Shown here piece by piece: positions 19,805 through 28,219 of a DNA stretch of 64,000 nt (position 1 is its first letter; each line of letters starts with the position of its first letter). A program made the position numbers and the translations under genes. The stretch spans positions 358,002 to 422,001 of the forward strand of contig DYGS01000001.1 of NCBI GenBank assembly GCA_020724585.1, in the 5' to 3' direction. Source of the DNA: Candidatus Microgenomatus sp. (GTDB lineage: Bacteria > Patescibacteriota > Microgenomatia > UBA8517). The notes under the pieces were generated by a model. It was not told the origin of the DNA, ran no database searches, and saw nothing but the letters and a program-made list of their open reading frames with translations.

Positions 19805-20651
19805 GTATAATAGTTATATCACTAAAATGGATAAATACAAGGCTACATGGGTAAGCCACTCCTCAATTTCTGATTTTTTGGCTTGTCCAAGGGCATATTA
19901 TTTGCGAAATGTCTATAAAGACCCCATAACTTCTCATAAAATAACAATTACAACACCTGCTCTTTCCCTTGGATCTGTGGTGCACGAGGTAATAGAATCG
20001 TTATCAATTTTACCTTCGGATCAAAGATTTAAAATACCGCTTGTTAAAAAATTTGAAGAGGCATGGCTCAAAGTTTCTGGCGAAGCTGGCGGTTTTAAGT
20101 CAAAATCAGAAGAGGATGAATATAAAAATCGAGGTATGGAGATGGTTTTAAGAGTGCAAAAAAATCCTGGGCTGCTTCTTAAAAAGGCTATTAAAATTAA
20201 AAGCGATTTTATCCCCAATTTCTATCTGTCTGAAGAAGATGAGATTATTTTATGCGGCAAAATTGATTGGATTGAGTATCTAGATCAAAGCGATTCAATT
20301 CACTTAATTGATTTTAAGACGGGAAAAAATGAAGAGGGCAAAGAATCTTTACAGCTTCCAATCTATTACCTTTTGGCTTCAAATCTGCAAACAAGATTAG
20401 TGACAAAAGTTTCATATTGGTATTTAAATAAAGACATAAAACCTGTAGAAAAAGACCTGCCTGATTATGAGAAATCAAAGGAAAATATTTTAACGATTGC
20501 CAGAAGAATAAAACTTGCAAGACAGTTAAACCATTTTAAATGTCCTAAAAATGGGTGTATAAAGTGTAAGCCTCTTGAGCGAGTGCTTCGGGGTGAAGGC
20601 AAGAAAGTTGCCGTATCCGACACGAATCAAGATGTTTATATTTTAGTCTGA
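19803..20651 (+). CDS. Cas4-like PD-(D/E)XK nuclease with Cys cluster (RecB-family)
   Basis: N-terminal Cys (FLACPRAYY), LIDFKTGK, a QLPIYYLL Q-x3-Y motif, and a C-terminal C-x4-C-x2-C (CPKNGCIKC). No CRISPR or cas genes are nearby. Confidence 0.6.
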   Translation: MYNSYITKMDKYKATWVSHSSISDFLACPRAYYLRNVYKDPITSHKITITTPALSLGSVVHEVIESLSILPSDQRFKIPLVKKFEEAWLKVSGEAGGFKSKSEEDEYKNRGMEMVLRVQKNPGLLLKKAIKIKSDFIPNFYLSEEDEIILCGKIDWIEYLDQSDSIHLIDFKTGKNEEGKESLQLPIYYLLASNLQTRLVTKVSYWYLNKDIKPVEKDLPDYEKSKENILTIARRIKLARQLNHFKCPKNGCIKCKPLERVLRGEGKKVAVSDTNQDVYILV

Positions 20652-20821
20652 GGCTTTAAAGTCGCCACCGGCAGTATTATCGATCCAGAATTGTTATTTG
20701 AGCCACCTAAATTTTCATCTAATGGACCTTTTTCATATTGAATCGGAGTCTTCGGATTTTCACCGCCAGACAGCGGATCGTGGACTCTTTTTAATTCTTC
20801 TATTACTTGCTCACCACTCAT
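20636..20821 (-). CDS. Small hypothetical protein
   Basis: ORF only; the product is compositionally odd. A probable internal start is MSGEQ. Confidence 0.2.
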   Translation of the reverse strand: MSGEQVIEELKRVHDPLSGGENPKTPIQYEKGPLDENLGGSNNNSGSIILPVATLKPQTKI

Positions 20822-20860
20822 GTGTATATTATACCAAAAAAACAAAATTTAGGTTAAAAT

Positions 20861-21082
20861 ATGAAGCATATGAATATGAATATAGAAAAAAGACTTGAAC
20901 CGGTAAGGATTCCTGAGGGTGACGATGAAGAGGAACGGTTTACGGCTTTTCAATTGATTAAGATGGGGATTGCCACTGGGGATGAATTTACAAGACAAAT
21001 GGGACAAGCAAGATTAAGATTTCTTGAGGGGAGGCCGACAATAGAAGATTTAGAATTGCTAGAAAAAATTGATCCAGAATAG
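20861..21082 (+). CDS. Small acidic hypothetical protein
   Basis: A 73 aa ORF with a promoter-like AT-rich region upstream. Confidence 0.3.
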   Translation: MKHMNMNIEKRLEPVRIPEGDDEEERFTAFQLIKMGIATGDEFTRQMGQARLRFLEGRPTIEDLELLEKIDPE

Positions 21083-21103
21083 ACAAAGGTTTGCTAACTG
21101 GTA

Positions 21104-21202
21104 TGATCCCCACATGTCATCGCGACCGCGAGCGAAGCGTGGCGGGTGGCGATCTTTTAGTTTTTAGATTGCTTCTCCCGCATTGCGGGATCGCAATGAC
21201 AT
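21104..21202. repeat. GC-rich composite intergenic repeat, copy 1 (module B then module A)
   Basis: Module A (TGCTTCTCCCGCATTGCGGGATCGCAATGACA) and module B (GTCATCGCGACCGCGAGCGAAGCGTGGCGGGTGGCGATCT) recur at 49755-49845 in swapped order. The ends are inverted (ATGTCATCGCGA vs TCGCAATGACAT). Confidence 0.6.
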
Positions 21203-21234
21203 TTAATTAATTAAACTTTAATTAACCTATTAAT

Positions 21235-21915
21235 TTAATATCCTGTAAATTTCTCAGTTTTTACATTGTCTTCTGGGATTTTTAATTCTTCTAAGATATT
21301 TTCCATGGCAGTAACAAAACCAGGGGGGCCGACAAGCCAAAAAAAACACGCATCAAGTGTCAAGTTCCAAGTATTAAGATAATTACTTATTTTGAGTTTA
21401 TCGACTCTACCATCAACTGAAGTATTTACATACTCAATTTTTAATAAATTATTTCCTTTTTGCCAAGCGTCAAGCTCGTTTTTAAAAACAAATTCATTAT
21501 CGGAATTTGAATAAATTAAGTACATGGGAATATTTAGCTTCAGATCCAAATTATATTTAATCATTGATCTAAATGGTGTAATTCCAATCCCTCCAGCTAA
21601 GAAAACATGATAGGCAGTAGGCACTAGATAATTAGAATCTAGGACAAAAGTGCCGAAGGGAAGACGGGCTTCAATTTTACTTCCTATTTCTAATCTATTT
21701 AAATTTTGTTTAAATTCTGAACCCTCCCTTATTCTTGTTGTAATTTGAATAAATTCTTCAGTGGGGGAACTGGCAATTGTAAATTGCTTTGTAATTTCAC
21801 CAATTGTTAAGTAAGCATACTGTCCAGCTTGCCAAGTTACTTTTTCGGAAGGTAAAAAAAAGAAACTAACAGTATCTTTAGCTTCTGTAATTTTTCTGAC
21901 CAGTTGAAGTTTCAT
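21235..21915 (-). CDS. Ferredoxin-NADP+ reductase-like FAD/NAD(P)-binding oxidoreductase
   Basis: An RxYS-like motif (QFTIASSP) in the FAD-binding domain and GGIGITPFRSM in the NAD-binding motif. Confidence 0.65.
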   Translation of the reverse strand: MKLQLVRKITEAKDTVSFFFLPSEKVTWQAGQYAYLTIGEITKQFTIASSPTEEFIQITTRIREGSEFKQNLNRLEIGSKIEARLPFGTFVLDSNYLVPTAYHVFLAGGIGITPFRSMIKYNLDLKLNIPMYLIYSNSDNEFVFKNELDAWQKGNNLLKIEYVNTSVDGRVDKLKISNYLNTWNLTLDACFFWLVGPPGFVTAMENILEELKIPEDNVKTEKFTGY

Positions 21916-21917
21916 AC

Positions 21918-22133
21918 TTGAAAATTGTAGATTGGTTATTGTATATTGTCCATATGTGTTTTAATTGTGGTTGTGGAATTACAGATGACAATATGGGTAA
22001 GCCTGATATGACAGGAGCTTCCTTGACTGACAAATCATTTGAAGAAATGGCCAAAGCATGGAATATGACTGTGGAAGAAGCTCAAAAAGAAGTCTATAAA
22101 GTTTTGAAGAAAAAACTTGATAAAAACGCTTAA
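21918..22133 (+). CDS. Small Cys-containing hypothetical protein (CFNCGCG)
   Basis: ORF only, divergent from the FNR-like gene. Confidence 0.25.
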   Translation: MKIVDWLLYIVHMCFNCGCGITDDNMGKPDMTGASLTDKSFEEMAKAWNMTVEEAQKEVYKVLKKKLDKNA

Positions 22134-22249
22134 CTTTTATCTTCGCTTTTGATAAGACCCCAATGATATTTATATAGAGGAATTCCAACTAGTAACATTG
22201 CAAGGCTTTCTGCCACTTCTCTTTGTCTTTGTCGAGTATTTTCTTTTTG

Positions 22250-22322
22250 AGCCTACGGTCAGCTACGATCTGACGACCTGCGGTTTACGATACCGCCGCT
22301 CTACCAACTGAGCTACGTAGGC
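22250..22322 (-). tRNA. tRNA-Thr (anticodon CGT) with non-canonical T-loop
   Basis: Hand-folded: acceptor GCCTACG/CGTAGGC, D-arm GCTC-AGTTGGTA-GAGC, anticodon loop ATCGTAA, T-arm GTCAG-ATCGTAG-CTGAC (A54 and U58 deviate from the canonical loop). Confidence 0.6.
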
Positions 22323-22354
22323 TTAATCTTGTAGCGAAGTTGGCCAAGCTATGC

Positions 22355-22377
22355 TTACCAACTGAGCTACGTAGGCT
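22355..22377 (-). other. Duplicated 5' fragment (acceptor plus D-arm, 22 nt) of the adjacent tRNA-Thr
   Basis: An exact copy of GCCTACGTAGCTCAGTTGGTA that does not continue into a tRNA fold. Confidence 0.6.
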
Positions 22378-22389
22378 GGCTCCTTATGA

Positions 22390-22460
22390 GCGGCGGACGG
22401 GATTTGCGCCCGCGACCTTCTCCTTGGGAAGGAGACATTCTACTACTGAACTACCGCCGC
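22390..22460 (-). tRNA. tRNA-Gly (anticodon CCC) with non-canonical T-loop
   Basis: Acceptor GCGGCGG/CCGCCGC, D-arm GTTC-AGTAGTA-GAAT, anticodon loop TTCCCAA, T-arm GCGGG-CGCAAAT-CCCGT. Confidence 0.55.
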
Positions 22461-22517
22461 GAATACCACAGCACAAGAAAACTAACCAATTATAACATTT
22501 TGCGGGTAGGTGAGCGT

Positions 22518-23069
22518 CTATCTTGGAATTGTTAAGATATTTCCAGAATGGATCAGGTCGGGGTTTGTAAGTTTATTTATTTTTGCAATTTCTACCCATT
22601 TATATCCATCTCCATAACTTCTGACTGCAATATCCCACAAAGAATCTCCCTTTTGTACTGTGTAGGTGTTTCCTTGGATTGAGTCAGTTTCAGTGTTTGC
22701 ACCGGCAACCTCCTCTTTGCCTAATTCTGGAATTGTCAATTTTTGTCCAACTTCAATTTGGCTTGCATTGGAAAGCTTATTTTCTGTTGCAATATCAATC
22801 CATTTAAATCCATCTCCATAGTAGTTTTCTGCAATTTTCCAAAGCGAATCACCTGTTTTAACTTCATATGAATTTAGGGCTGTTTCTTCTTCTTGCTGCG
22901 TGCTAGTTCCTGTTAAGAGTTCTGTTGGTATACTGCTTTTGGTATTTTTGATGTATCTAAAAGCTAGGCTAGAAACTGCAATTACAACAATTAACCCCAA
23001 GACGAAAGAAATTGAAGATTCATTAAGTTTAATTGTTTTCAATAATTTTTTGATGTCCAATTTAATCAC
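22518..23069 (-). CDS. Membrane-anchored protein with two LysM domains
   Basis: Two repeats of YTVQKGDSLWDIA...GYKW..IA..N.L.....I..G..L.IP (the LysM consensus) after an N-terminal TM segment. Confidence 0.8.
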   Translation of the reverse strand: MIKLDIKKLLKTIKLNESSISFVLGLIVVIAVSSLAFRYIKNTKSSIPTELLTGTSTQQEEETALNSYEVKTGDSLWKIAENYYGDGFKWIDIATENKLSNASQIEVGQKLTIPELGKEEVAGANTETDSIQGNTYTVQKGDSLWDIAVRSYGDGYKWVEIAKINKLTNPDLIHSGNILTIPR

Positions 23070-23173
23070 CCCTTTTTCCTCAGGGCAGAAGATAACTTAC
23101 CTGAAATTTATAGCAGATATTAATTATCTGTCAAGAGAGAGGTTGGTATAATTTAAACAATATTTAGAAATAC

Positions 23174-24073
23174 TTATATAAAATCCATAATGTATTTCTT
23201 AATAATATTCAAGTTGCTTTTGATTTTACCATCTCTTAGGAAAGCCTGTGGTAATTTATTGTCTTCAATGTATATCCCCTTATTAATATCTGGTGTTCTG
23301 ATATAAAAAGACCTAACCATATCATTGTTTAGACGCGAATGGCCTTCTGGATAATCAAAACCTCTATCTATTCCATATTTGCCATCTATACAGTTTCTAA
23401 GCGTAAAATTAATTACATGTACTTTTACATCATGTCTAACACCCTTAAGAAGTGAACTAAAAGTCTTCTTATCCACAGGATATTTTTGATTACCGTCCCA
23501 AGTTTGACCAAGAGGCAATGTCAGATCTCTTAATAGGTAATCCGTAGGATCAAGCAAAACTACATTTTTTATACCTAAATCCTCCTTATTAACAACCACA
23601 AGTACAGCACTAATGGCACCGCCGCTTGTTGCAACTAAGTTTATTTCTTTAATTTTTATAATTTCTCTGATTTTTGAGATGATCTCTACAAGATTTAATA
23701 GCTGTGTTTTTGGAGCAGGAAACCGCATGTCTGTCTCCATTTGTTCAAACGAGATTGCTGCTATATTTGAGTCTTGAATTTCATTAAATAAAAACTTAGC
23801 TAGCGGCCTCAATTTTAATCTATTACCACCATCGCCGTCGATCAAGACCATTAATTTCTCACATCTACCCCTTTTCAGGTATAGATCAAATGCAGCAGAA
23901 CTTTTATTTGAGGTATCAAGAAAAAATGTTTTCATTAAAAAAATTATACCAAAACTTCTAATCTCGTCACGGGGTATATCCAATTTAATATAGTTATTGA
24001 AACTAGCTTTCAATGCGGGCGTTGGTAGACTACTTATACAACTTTTATTCTCCAAAATAATTTGCTTTTTCAA
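23174..24073 (-). CDS. Hypothetical protein, possible alpha/beta-hydrolase fold (AxSxG nucleophile elbow VATSGGA)
   Basis: The motif LVATSGGAISAV resembles a nucleophile elbow. No other clear signature. Confidence 0.3.
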   Translation of the reverse strand: MKKQIILENKSCISSLPTPALKASFNNYIKLDIPRDEIRSFGIIFLMKTFFLDTSNKSSAAFDLYLKRGRCEKLMVLIDGDGGNRLKLRPLAKFLFNEIQDSNIAAISFEQMETDMRFPAPKTQLLNLVEIISKIREIIKIKEINLVATSGGAISAVLVVVNKEDLGIKNVVLLDPTDYLLRDLTLPLGQTWDGNQKYPVDKKTFSSLLKGVRHDVKVHVINFTLRNCIDGKYGIDRGFDYPEGHSRLNNDMVRSFYIRTPDINKGIYIEDNKLPQAFLRDGKIKSNLNIIKKYIMDFI

Positions 24074-24096
24074 TCAACTTATCCTATAATAGTTAC

Positions 24097-24654
24097 ATGG
24101 ATTTACTTAAATTTAGTCCTGGCCCAAAAGAACAAATAGAAAAAGCTTCAAACAGACTCACACAAGATGATGCTGATAAATTTGCCGTAGATAAACCACT
24201 AAATGATGACTTCTTGATTTCCTTTACAGCTAGAACTATGCTTGAATTTGATGATGGAGATTTAGAACTTAGAATTTCGCTTACAAAATACAAGAAAAGT
24301 GGAGAGTTAACTCAAGAGATACTTTTACAAGAACCAGACGGTAAAAAGTTGTACAGATTAGACATAAGTTCAAGTCCTAAGAAAGATGAAGAGAAAGAAA
24401 AGATGTCTTCACTTGTTTCAGAAATTAAGGATCCGAAAGGGGCAAATGCACTTTCAAAAATGCTTTCTGACACCTTTGGGACTTCAGGTAATGTAACTGT
24501 TTCAAGAATAGACAATTGGGCAGAAACAAATATAACAACCGATAGTGCGAGAAAATTGATCGAAGTTGGAACTCCAAAGTTACCCAGCAATACAAGATTA
24601 ACTCTTCATGAGTTTAGACAACAAATGGGGACAGATTTCCCCCAACTAAACTAA
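24097..24654 (+). CDS. Hypothetical protein
   Basis: ORF with an acidic/Lys-rich middle. No recognisable motifs. Confidence 0.35.
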   Translation: MDLLKFSPGPKEQIEKASNRLTQDDADKFAVDKPLNDDFLISFTARTMLEFDDGDLELRISLTKYKKSGELTQEILLQEPDGKKLYRLDISSSPKKDEEKEKMSSLVSEIKDPKGANALSKMLSDTFGTSGNVTVSRIDNWAETNITTDSARKLIEVGTPKLPSNTRLTLHEFRQQMGTDFPQLN

Positions 24655-24711
24655 GCAAAGCTAAATTTCTGTAATTGACGAAATACTAGTTAGTCGCTTG
24701 AATAATCTAAT

Positions 24712-25314
24712 TTAGTGTAGTTCATCAGCGAGTATTTCAAAATCAATTTGATACTCACCATGTAATCCATCTGAGCTGTTAACTACGAACGTCACTACGT
24801 CATTGTTGGTTGTATTTTTAATATAGAATTTATTGATGTAGCAATCTCCCACGCCGACTAGTGGAAAATCTTTGAGAATTTCAATTAAAAGTCTTATAAA
24901 AATCCTCCAGTTTCTTGAGTTGAGCAAATCAGATTCAAGTTTGTAGTTTAGACAAAATTTTTCAAGATCTTTTTTTAAATCTAAAAATAGCGTGATGTTT
25001 TTCATTAACTCAAACGGGTCTCGTTTGTTATTACTCTTAATTAAATACCTTGCGTATTCATCTAGTTTTCTTCTTGCACCTGTTCCATTTAAATGGTTGT
25101 GCAATATCCAGTCATTAAACAATGATAAAGTTGGATATTCCATCTCCCATATTTTTCTATCATTCTTGAATGTGTGTTCCAAGAATTTTCTAATCTGTCC
25201 CATTATATAAAATGTCTCTGACTCCAAACTAATACCACTTTGTATAAGAGTGTTAAGCTTACTGATTATTCTTGATTCTGTACTCATTGAAATTTTATTT
25301 CCTATAAACAACAT
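24712..25314 (-). CDS. Hypothetical protein, downstream partner in an operon with the HExxH protein
   Basis: Its start overlaps the stop of the 25295..26782 gene. No motif recognised. Confidence 0.4.
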   Translation of the reverse strand: MLFIGNKISMSTESRIISKLNTLIQSGISLESETFYIMGQIRKFLEHTFKNDRKIWEMEYPTLSLFNDWILHNHLNGTGARRKLDEYARYLIKSNNKRDPFELMKNITLFLDLKKDLEKFCLNYKLESDLLNSRNWRIFIRLLIEILKDFPLVGVGDCYINKFYIKNTTNNDVVTFVVNSSDGLHGEYQIDFEILADELH

Positions 25315-26782
25315 ATTCTTTATTTATCATGGTTTCATACCAATCAACATCCCAATCTAAGCCCATCCATATTGATAACAAGTTGTTTAAATGTTTGCGA
25401 AAATTATTTATCAAATTAGGTTTTGTTTTAATTAGATTCACATTATAATCACGTATAAAATCCTCAATATCTTTATTGCCAAATGTGTTGACAAAATGTA
25501 TTACATCACTAACATTTAAAACTAAGGAGTGAAACGGGTGATTTTCCGATGCATTTAAAACAACGTAATCTGCTTTATTATTTTTATTAAACCAAGATTT
25601 AAATTTATTTCTCAGGTCCTGAACTGTATTGTAGATAACTACATCTGGTTTTCTTGAATTGGGGAAGTAATTCAAATCTTTTGATTCAATATCATAAAGA
25701 CCCCACTTCACTATTAAAGTTTTCCCGTTAAATTCATTTTTTAAGAGTCTTGACAACTCAACAGTATCAAGGCCAATTAGATATTTCTCACAGGTTCTAG
25801 TAAAAGCTAAAAAGCCTACCTCGTATTTTTTGTTTAGTAAGTTTTCTACTCTACTTTTGTAGTCCCAATCATCACTAAGTCTAGTTACAAATACCGCTTC
25901 TGTTACATCTGAATAATTGATAATATCGTCTATTTCCCAAAGCGCAATGCTTGATTCAACTATATTCAGATTCATATTTGCTATAAATGTATTATTACTT
26001 GCTTGTTGAATTACTAAACCCCCTTGCGGAGCGTCTTTAATGTCATCTTCTGTAAAATAATAGTGTTTGTTTTTGGTTAAATCATGCATATAATTTAGGA
26101 AGTTGGCAACATCACGTTTTGTTACATCTGGAAAAAATTTAATACCAGAACGATCGGCTATTTCACGGACATCTTTCGTTACAAGAAATTGATTATAATG
26201 CAACAAATCTATAAGTTTCATAAAACGTTTGTCAGGGTTATTATCCTCATTATCTAAATACGAAATGAAGTTATTTGGTTTTTTAAATAAATCATATTCT
26301 ACAATGGCCTTTCTGATACCAGTATGCATAGCAAGATGAGAGATCTTTTTAGTAAATTCTTCTCTATATCGTTTTCCCATGTCCATTACAAACATAAGTT
26401 TTTTAAGCCTATCTAAATAATCATAAGGTAAGTGTTCGAATGCCCAAATTATTGATCTTTCTTTACCAACATAAGATCTATGCATAAGCATTTCCATCAA
26501 CGAAGCGCTACCTTCTTGAACAAAAAGTTGAGATTCGTACAATTTCTCATATATTTTGCGTTTATCAACTTCATCAATACTGGCAATGTGTGGTAGAAGT
26601 GAGTGGATTGTCTGTGTTGCAAGTCCAAAATCAGTGTTACTTCCCAAAACACTATGTGTTATCTCGTGAACATAAGTGATTTTTGCTATAACGGGATCAA
26701 GAAACAAACTCTTGTAATCCAAGCCAATCCACCTTTCTGTAGTGTTATAACGACCCGAAATACTATGCCAAAAACTTTGCAT
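25295..26782 (-). CDS. Large HExxH-motif protein (putative zinc metallopeptidase-like N-terminal domain)
   Basis: N-terminal ITYVHEITHSVLG (HExxH) followed by a downstream Glu (FVQEGSASLME). The 495 aa product is encoded on the island. Confidence 0.45.
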   Translation of the reverse strand: MQSFWHSISGRYNTTERWIGLDYKSLFLDPVIAKITYVHEITHSVLGSNTDFGLATQTIHSLLPHIASIDEVDKRKIYEKLYESQLFVQEGSASLMEMLMHRSYVGKERSIIWAFEHLPYDYLDRLKKLMFVMDMGKRYREEFTKKISHLAMHTGIRKAIVEYDLFKKPNNFISYLDNEDNNPDKRFMKLIDLLHYNQFLVTKDVREIADRSGIKFFPDVTKRDVANFLNYMHDLTKNKHYYFTEDDIKDAPQGGLVIQQASNNTFIANMNLNIVESSIALWEIDDIINYSDVTEAVFVTRLSDDWDYKSRVENLLNKKYEVGFLAFTRTCEKYLIGLDTVELSRLLKNEFNGKTLIVKWGLYDIESKDLNYFPNSRKPDVVIYNTVQDLRNKFKSWFNKNNKADYVVLNASENHPFHSLVLNVSDVIHFVNTFGNKDIEDFIRDYNVNLIKTKPNLINNFRKHLNNLLSIWMGLDWDVDWYETMINKEYVVYRK

Positions 26783-26844
26783 ATTTGAATTATAGTTTCG
26801 TTTTTTGATTTAACAAGTCATCCTATTTCAAATATAATATATGT

Positions 26845-27279
26845 ATGTCAACAATAAAACAAAAAATAGCAATTGCAAAATTAGTGGAAAATGGTGGAAA
26901 TGTAAATAAAGCTATGGTTTCTGCTGGGTATTCAAGGACAACAGCAAAAACACCTAAAAAACTAACAGAAAGCTTGGGATGGAAGGAATTGGTAGAAAAA
27001 TACCTTTCTGAGGAAAAATTGATGAAAACTCATTTATCTCTACTTAATAGTAGTAATTGGAGAGCAAGAGCTAACGCACTTGATAAAGCATATAAGATAC
27101 TAGGTAAATATATAAAACAGGTCAGATTTACAACATACGATGAGTTTGCAGACTTAACTGATGAAGAATTAGATATAAAGTTGGCTGAACTTGAAGAAAA
27201 AATAGCTAGGTTTAAAAAATATACAAAAGTAGACGATACGAATCTAGGAATTTCATCACTTAGTCTCAATAACCTTTAA
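26845..27279 (+). CDS. Phage terminase small subunit-like protein (Terminase_2-like HTH)
   Basis: KQKIAIAKLVENGGNVNKAMVSAGYSRTTAKT resembles the TerS N-terminal consensus (..gNatqAai.AGYs.ktA..). No large terminase subunit is in the window. Confidence 0.55.
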   Translation: MSTIKQKIAIAKLVENGGNVNKAMVSAGYSRTTAKTPKKLTESLGWKELVEKYLSEEKLMKTHLSLLNSSNWRARANALDKAYKILGKYIKQVRFTTYDEFADLTDEELDIKLAELEEKIARFKKYTKVDDTNLGISSLSLNNL

Positions 27280-27917
27280 GTATTCTTTTCTTTGCTCCCA
27301 AATTGGTTTTAGTTCATTGTTTTCATAGTAAAACCTAACTAATGTGAGTCCAATATCACAGCACTTATTTGTTTCTTCATTAAAAGTCGAATAATAAAGA
27401 TAAAATCCGTTTCCACTATTTGAAGGCGTAAAAGTAACACCGTGTAAATTTGTAGCTTCAAAAATTATATTATTTGAATGATCGATAATGAATATATTAT
27501 GAGGTGGATAATCTAGGTTATCTGAATAAATATAAATATCTTCGTAAACACCATCACCTGTTATGTCGAAGGAGTCGTGAGGATCGTCAATACCATACTC
27601 TGTAGAACCACCAAATGGTCTAGAAATTGTTTTATAGTCAAAAGGTGTATAAACCCTGTTGGCATGTCGGAAACTAATATATCTCGACTAATATAATAAC
27701 CTTTGTATTTGTAATCAGTCGTATCAAAATACTTGGATTTGATATGCCCCATCACACCATTTGTATTTTTGGTTAATCCATTTATATTAGGATTTGGTGG
27801 TTGATTGTAAACATAACTAACAGCATATCCGACTGAAAATATAATCAAGGTTAATGTGATCCTTCTAATAAGTAAGAAAACTCTAGTTTTAAATAGTGAT
27901 CTATTATTAAATTTCAT
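27262..27917 (-). pseudogene. Frameshifted gene (N-terminal TM protein), interrupted around 27560-27667
   Basis: The listed ORF 27561..27917 ends where a second frame continues open for 137 more codons down to 27262, with the shift between 27561 and about 27667. A homopolymer-associated frameshift or a sequencing error. Confidence 0.4.
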
Positions 27918-28216
27918 TTAAAAATTCTCGAAATTAAAAAGCCAGTAATGAATGTTATTGTGAATGCACTAAATAAATTTAAAACCAGCCAAATGATATT
28001 TGGATTTGCGCTTACTTTTGTGTTAAGCACGATTTCTTGTACTTGAACTAATCTTGTAAATCTAGAGAACGATTTGTAATTGAAAACAAACAAATGCAAT
28101 AGTGAAACTACACACCATAGCAAACAAAGTTTTATTAAAGAATAACCTTGAATAGTGCCGATCCCCACCCAAATTCCTCCAAATATGTTTGATACAATCA
28201 AATTAGATAAAAACAT
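27914..28216 (-). CDS. Small 3-TM membrane protein
   Basis: A hydrophobic ORF translationally coupled to its neighbours. Confidence 0.4.
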   Translation of the reverse strand: MFLSNLIVSNIFGGIWVGIGTIQGYSLIKLCLLWCVVSLLHLFVFNYKSFSRFTRLVQVQEIVLNTKVSANPNIIWLVLNLFSAFTITFITGFLISRIFK

Positions 28217-28219
28217 AAC

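Noticed and set aside
21183-21193. Shared 10-mer TGCGGGATCG between repeat copy 1 and the tRNA-Asp 3' end as a possible attL/attR direct repeat (which would extend the island to 21.2 kb)
   Set aside because: The match is only 10 nt and belongs to the conserved hairpin of the repeat family (copy 2 has TGCGGAATCG). Chance expectation in 64 kb is not negligible. No longer tRNA-Asp-derived sequence flanks it.
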